Shown: piece by piece, positions 58,619-64,000 of the stretch
Layout of the letters: each line of letters opens with the position of its first letter
Numbering within the stretch: the stretch's first letter is position 1
From: Spirochaetia bacterium
GTDB taxonomy: Bacteria; Spirochaetota; Spirochaetia; DSM-2461
Direction: 5' to 3'
Assembly (NCBI GenBank): GCA_963668315.1
Contig: OY764216.1
Coordinates: 672,001-736,000 of the forward strand
Length of the DNA stretch: 64,000 bases
Made by a program: the position numbers and the translations under genes
Notes under the pieces: model-generated
Seen by the model: the letters and a program-made list of their open reading frames with translations, nothing else
What the model was told of the DNA's origin: nothing
Database searches by the model: none

Positions 58619-60037
58619 ATGGACAATAATATAGTAACAATGGGTAAAATGAATAAAAGATTCGGCCTAAAGGCAAAAAGTCTTCTCCTGATCATTCCGC
58701 TGCTGCTCTGCTGTTTCAGCATAAGCAGTACGGTTGTCGTAAAAAGATCTCAGAAATATCTCATTAATGAATCAAACCGCTTCATGAGTTATAAGCTCAA
58801 TCTTGTCAGTCAATACGCGACAGGGCAATGGTATCATTTCATAAGCAATAATCTGACGGATAACGACACCATCCGCCGTTTTGTCATTGCCTCCATCGGC
58901 GATTATGCGTCCTCGGCCATAGAAGAGAGCGAAGCGATTTTCGCCCGGGACGGAGGGGGCAATCTCATTTTCAGTACCGGCGAACTCTCTCCCGATCCCG
59001 CCGAGCTTGACGGGGAATCTCTTTTTAACAGCGGATTGTACATCTACCGGATCGGCGAAAACAGTTTCATCGGCAAAACAAAATATCTTACCGGTATGGA
59101 CTGGACGATTTATATAATACAGAGAAAAAACGCCTTTGACGAAGCCATTCAAAAAATGACGCATAATCTTATCCTTTTTTTCTCCGGCACGTTCATCGTC
59201 ATCATTTCCAGTTTCATTCTCATTCTCAATATCATCATCAATCCCATTAACCAGGTCCGCGTGGCAATACAGAAAAACTTATCGACCAGAGATTTCTCCC
59301 ATACCGTTCCGGTCCACTCCTCCGACGAACTGGGAGAGCTCTCCGTCAGCTTCAATAATCTTATCACCAGCCTGGATCTCTCATACAAAAAGATGAAAAG
59401 GAACGCAGAAGAAGAGGCCGTGGCCTATAAATCGCTGCATATCAGAGAGCTTGAAAGCCTGGCACTTCTGGGCAGGGCATCGGATTACAAGGACTCCCAT
59501 ACGGGTAGCCATATCAGAAGGGTCAGCTCCTACTCGCGGGTTATCGCGAAAGCCCTGGATCTCGATGAGGAGTATATCGACCTCCTCTATCATGCCGCGC
59601 CCCTCCATGACATAGGCAAATTGGGTATTCCCGATTCCATTCTGCTCAAAGAGGGACCTCTCGATGAGGAGGAGTGGCGCATAATTAAGGAGCATACCGT
59701 CATCGGCTATAACATTATGCAGAACTGTTCCAGTAAATATCTGAAAGCGGGAGCGGTCATCGCCTACTCCCATCATGAAAAATACGACGGCAGCGGCTAC
59801 CCCCGCGGGCTCCAGGGAAGCGAAATTCCCCAGTTCGGAAGGATCGTCAGCCTTGCCGACGTCTTCGATGCGCTGATTACGAAAAGGCCCTATAAGGAAG
59901 CCTGGAAACCGGAAAGAGCCCTTGAACTTATCAGAAGCGAAAGGGGCCGGCAGTTCGATCCCCGTTTGGTAGATCTGTTCCTTGCTCGTCAAAATGAGAT
60001 TATCGAGATTTTCAGAAATACAGTGGAAGAGGGTTAG
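58619..60037 (+). CDS. Membrane-bound HD-GYP phosphodiesterase with extracytoplasmic sensor and HAMP
   Basis: Two TM, DELGELSVSFN, TGSHIRRV, LHDIGKLGIPD, HHEKYDGSGYP, ADVFDAL..RPYK. Start may instead be 58640 or 58649. Confidence 0.92.
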   Translation: MDNNIVTMGKMNKRFGLKAKSLLLIIPLLLCCFSISSTVVVKRSQKYLINESNRFMSYKLNLVSQYATGQWYHFISNNLTDNDTIRRFVIASIGDYASSAIEESEAIFARDGGGNLIFSTGELSPDPAELDGESLFNSGLYIYRIGENSFIGKTKYLTGMDWTIYIIQRKNAFDEAIQKMTHNLILFFSGTFIVIISSFILILNIIINPINQVRVAIQKNLSTRDFSHTVPVHSSDELGELSVSFNNLITSLDLSYKKMKRNAEEEAVAYKSLHIRELESLALLGRASDYKDSHTGSHIRRVSSYSRVIAKALDLDEEYIDLLYHAAPLHDIGKLGIPDSILLKEGPLDEEEWRIIKEHTVIGYNIMQNCSSKYLKAGAVIAYSHHEKYDGSGYPRGLQGSEIPQFGRIVSLADVFDALITKRPYKEAWKPERALELIRSERGRQFDPRLVDLFLARQNEIIEIFRNTVEEG

Positions 60038-60042
60038 GAAAC

Positions 60043-60471
60043 CTATTCGTCCCCGTTTTCCGGGATTTCGGGATCTGAATCATCCTCCGACTCTCCGGAT
60101 TCCTCTTTGGATTCTCCTTTGCAATCGGTACAGAGGTAGCCTTCGTCGATAAAAATATCCTTGAGGGTCAGCTTCTTCCCGCATTTGGCGCACTTCAGGC
60201 GGTAGGGAAAAAAACGGTCCCTGAAAAAACCAAAGGACGAGCCGAAAAGCAGAACAAAAAGCACAGAAGGAAGATAGGCGGGAAGATTTTTCTGCTTTGT
60301 CAGAACCGCAGAAATCATGACTATAAAGAATAAAAGGGCCAGAAAGAAGAGGGGTATCCTCTTGGTCAGGTCTTTTGTTTTCCTCCCCAGAACCATATAG
60401 GCAAAGAGAAGGGCAATAAAAATATAATAGAAATATTTCAGTATATAGACATTTGCAATTTCAAAACTCAT
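60043..60471 (-). CDS. Small 3-TM membrane protein with C-terminal CxxC..CxxC Zn ribbon and acidic tail
   Basis: CAKC...CTDC; start ATG 60471 after TTGATA-18-TAAGAT-5 nt. Confidence 0.65.
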   Translation of the reverse strand: MSFEIANVYILKYFYYIFIALLFAYMVLGRKTKDLTKRIPLFFLALLFFIVMISAVLTKQKNLPAYLPSVLFVLLFGSSFGFFRDRFFPYRLKCAKCGKKLTLKDIFIDEGYLCTDCKGESKEESGESEDDSDPEIPENGDE

Positions 60472-60526
60472 GGTTGATCTTATCATCCGCCCGTGGTATT
60501 TATCAACAGATAGAAGAGGAGAAGCT

Positions 60527-61585
60527 ATGAAAAACAGGTCGCCGCGTATCATTCTTTTTGGATTTTTTCTTATTTGCACCATGGGACTGCCCCTTTTCTC
60601 GAATGAGACCGATTCGTTGAACTGGCGGTGGGGGCTTCAATCGGCCTATTATTTTCCCCATCAGGACGGACTGAACAGTGATAACGGCTGGGATCCCCTC
60701 TCCTACCGTGTTTCCGAAGCCCCCTCTTCCCTGCCTGCCCCCGATACGGGCCGCGACCTGGGAACCGGCTGGGGAGCCCTGGAACTGCAGGGCTGGATTG
60801 AAGCCTCCAGGCAGATTCCCCTTTTGCGGGGAGACGGCCCCCTGACGGAGGGCAACAATCTGCTTCTCACCGGGACGATGGATCTCTCTCCGGCGACGGC
60901 CGATCTGAACCTGTCGTTCCGGCTGACGCCCCTGGCCTTCTTGAATTTCGAACAGGGAAACCATCTGGGCACCGGCTGGAACGCCGGAATCGCCAACGGG
61001 CTGGGGCTCAATAACGACGGCACGGGGGATCCCTTAACCGATTCTTTTCCCGGCGTCGTCTACCGCGGCTGGATCTCGGGAACGTTCCAGTTTGATCTGG
61101 CGGCGGTTCTTCCCGAGCCGAAGGACTGGAAGCATGTGGTTGTTTCCGCAACGGCCAAATGGCAGTATCAGGTCTTTTCCGCCGCCGGCGAAGACGATCC
61201 CTGGCAGTATCAGGCGGACAGCGGGGAAAACTTCAACGGGTGGCAGTTCCACTCTTCCACCGTACTGGGATATATGATTCCCCGTTCCGCCATTAATCTG
61301 GCCGGAATCATGATGGAAACGGAACGGAGGCTGGGAGAGATCTCGACGTCCAGCACCGTCTCCTCCGAAGGATGGGGGTCGGACTTCACGAAAATCAGGA
61401 TAGGGCCTCTCTTCAACTGGGCCATTGATGACAAGAGCGGTCTTACCGTTCTTATCCAGTGCCACAATGGGGTTCAGTACAGCGACGACACCATCTACTA
61501 CAACGACTTTAGAAACAGAAGCAGTACGGGTGAGACGTACTGGTATTTCGACAGAATCGCCCTGGCCTATACGATGAACCTATAG
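60527..61585 (+). CDS. Secreted, probably outer-membrane beta-barrel hypothetical protein
   Basis: SD GAGGAG; signal peptide; aromatic-rich amphipathic strands; ends RIALAYTMNL. Confidence 0.7.
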   Translation: MKNRSPRIILFGFFLICTMGLPLFSNETDSLNWRWGLQSAYYFPHQDGLNSDNGWDPLSYRVSEAPSSLPAPDTGRDLGTGWGALELQGWIEASRQIPLLRGDGPLTEGNNLLLTGTMDLSPATADLNLSFRLTPLAFLNFEQGNHLGTGWNAGIANGLGLNNDGTGDPLTDSFPGVVYRGWISGTFQFDLAAVLPEPKDWKHVVVSATAKWQYQVFSAAGEDDPWQYQADSGENFNGWQFHSSTVLGYMIPRSAINLAGIMMETERRLGEISTSSTVSSEGWGSDFTKIRIGPLFNWAIDDKSGLTVLIQCHNGVQYSDDTIYYNDFRNRSSTGETYWYFDRIALAYTMNL

Positions 61586-61593
61586 CCCGTTTC

Positions 61594-62943
<1,350 letters not shown>

Positions 62944-63999
62944 CTAATGTGTATCCGGTAAACTAATCCGGGCGATTCCTTTTCTTCCGTTCATGATGAC
63001 CTGGAACGGCTCTTTGAGCCGTACATGGCGGAAATACTCTCCCTTTCCGTACAGCGGGAGGGATTCCAGTTTCTTCCAGTCGCACAGGGAGGAGGTTTCC
63101 CCTTCCCGTATCATCAGATAGCCGATGCCCCCCGCCGTGAGGTTATGGAAGAAATGGGAGCCCTGGGAGGGTTCCACCATCAGTTCGTGCACGGCCGCTT
63201 CCACGATGACCGCCGCCTGGTCAATCTGCGGCCAGTTGACCGGTATCCCGAGAAACCGGTCCGCCGACCCCCAACGGCCCGGAGCCAGTAGAATATACCG
63301 CCTCCCCTCCTCCTTCATTCTCCGGTTCATCCCGCTGATCTCTCTGACCATTTCCTCCGTCCGGATTTTATCGAATAAAGGGGGGGGCAGAAAAATCAGA
63401 TCGGCGAGACCCGGTACCGTTCCATGGCCCAGGCTGTTCTCCGTATAGATGAGGGCCCCCTCCTTAACCGGTTCCGGCAGGATTCCCGTTCCGTTGAAAA
63501 CGGTCATACCCATGGGCCTGACCTGAAGGAGATAGAAAACGGGCAGGGGCAGGGTATCCAGATCGACGGCAAATTCGATCTCCGAAGGGCCTCCCAGCGC
63601 CTTGTCCAGCAGGACCAGAAGGCGTGACAGTATGGCATTAAGGGGAAATATGTCGTATTTCACAATATCGGGGAAATTGATGATCCGAGGCCCTTCGCGG
63701 TAGAGACCTTCCTCAATTTCCCCCTGGGTCAGAACCGAGGCGAGATGATCCATCATGCCGTCCTCCTCTGCTGCAGAAAGGGGATAGGGGATTTCCCGCT
63801 CTTTTCCTGTTCCCCCCTCCTTCGGGGGACTCTCATCACTCATATTCAGCGCGATAAATTCCGTCTGGGTGTACCGGATCAATTCATCCCGGCTCTGACA
63901 GGGAACTTCCGGCCTGAGGGGGCAATAGCGAAAGGCCCTTCCCCCTTCCACGACGCTCCTTCCCAGTCCCACGGCCATAAGTGCCACCGGATCCTCATG
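62944..63999 (-). CDS. PEP/pyruvate-binding-domain (PPDK_N/PEP synthase-like) protein, 5'-truncated
   Basis: AVGLGRSVVEG, EIEFAVD, LLQVRPM, PGRWGS, SQGSHFFHNL; frame open to the window end. Confidence 0.75.
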   Translation of the reverse strand, partial: HEDPVALMAVGLGRSVVEGGRAFRYCPLRPEVPCQSRDELIRYTQTEFIALNMSDESPPKEGGTGKEREIPYPLSAAEEDGMMDHLASVLTQGEIEEGLYREGPRIINFPDIVKYDIFPLNAILSRLLVLLDKALGGPSEIEFAVDLDTLPLPVFYLLQVRPMGMTVFNGTGILPEPVKEGALIYTENSLGHGTVPGLADLIFLPPPLFDKIRTEEMVREISGMNRRMKEEGRRYILLAPGRWGSADRFLGIPVNWPQIDQAAVIVEAAVHELMVEPSQGSHFFHNLTAGGIGYLMIREGETSSLCDWKKLESLPLYGKGEYFRHVRLKEPFQVIMNGRKGIARISLPDTH

Positions 64000-64000
64000 G

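Noticed and set aside
58547..58620. c-di-GMP riboswitch or firm sigma28 promoter between the envelope module and the HD-GYP gene
   Set aside because: Gap is short and AT-rich with no GEMM features; TTCGATAA lacks a convincing -35.

Overview
Chromosomal window, roughly 50% GC by eye, most likely from a free-living anaerobic spirochaete (Spirochaetaceae-like). That assignment is inferred from the lgt/FapA/MinD-ATPase/ctpA/rsmE neighbourhood, the STAS+Zn-ribbon protein, the DUF2259-like protein and the signal-peptide style. There are about 55 genes: housekeeping genes (lgt, ctpA, rsmE, lysC, murA, ndk, gdhA), two chemoreceptors (one fused to a sensory-type [FeFe]-hydrogenase), three ABC importers, a YesMN-like two-component system, a beta-glucoside locus (two GH3, MFS, two TetR, family-5 ABC), an envelope module (membrane coiled-coil protein, beta-barrel, CARDB-repeat lipoprotein) and an HD-GYP protein. 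I found no rRNA, tRNA, CRISPR array, transposase or prophage. The most interesting signals are outside the ORF track: (1) a 22-codon leader ORF with mutually exclusive hairpins that look like a translational attenuator over a CD3324-family gene; (2) a divergent, separately terminated 12-codon mini-gene and a GC-rich palindromic element in the same gap; (3) a two-part, helically phased DnaA-box cluster with no dnaA nearby; (4) many apparently leaderless genes; (5) a shared Cys-less A-N-G motif at the end of four signal peptides; (6) an outer-membrane gene whose signal peptide can only start at ACG or ATT; (7) a sigma28-type promoter driving an HTH-less sigma54 activator. All family calls come from motif recognition by eye; no database search or RNA folding was run.
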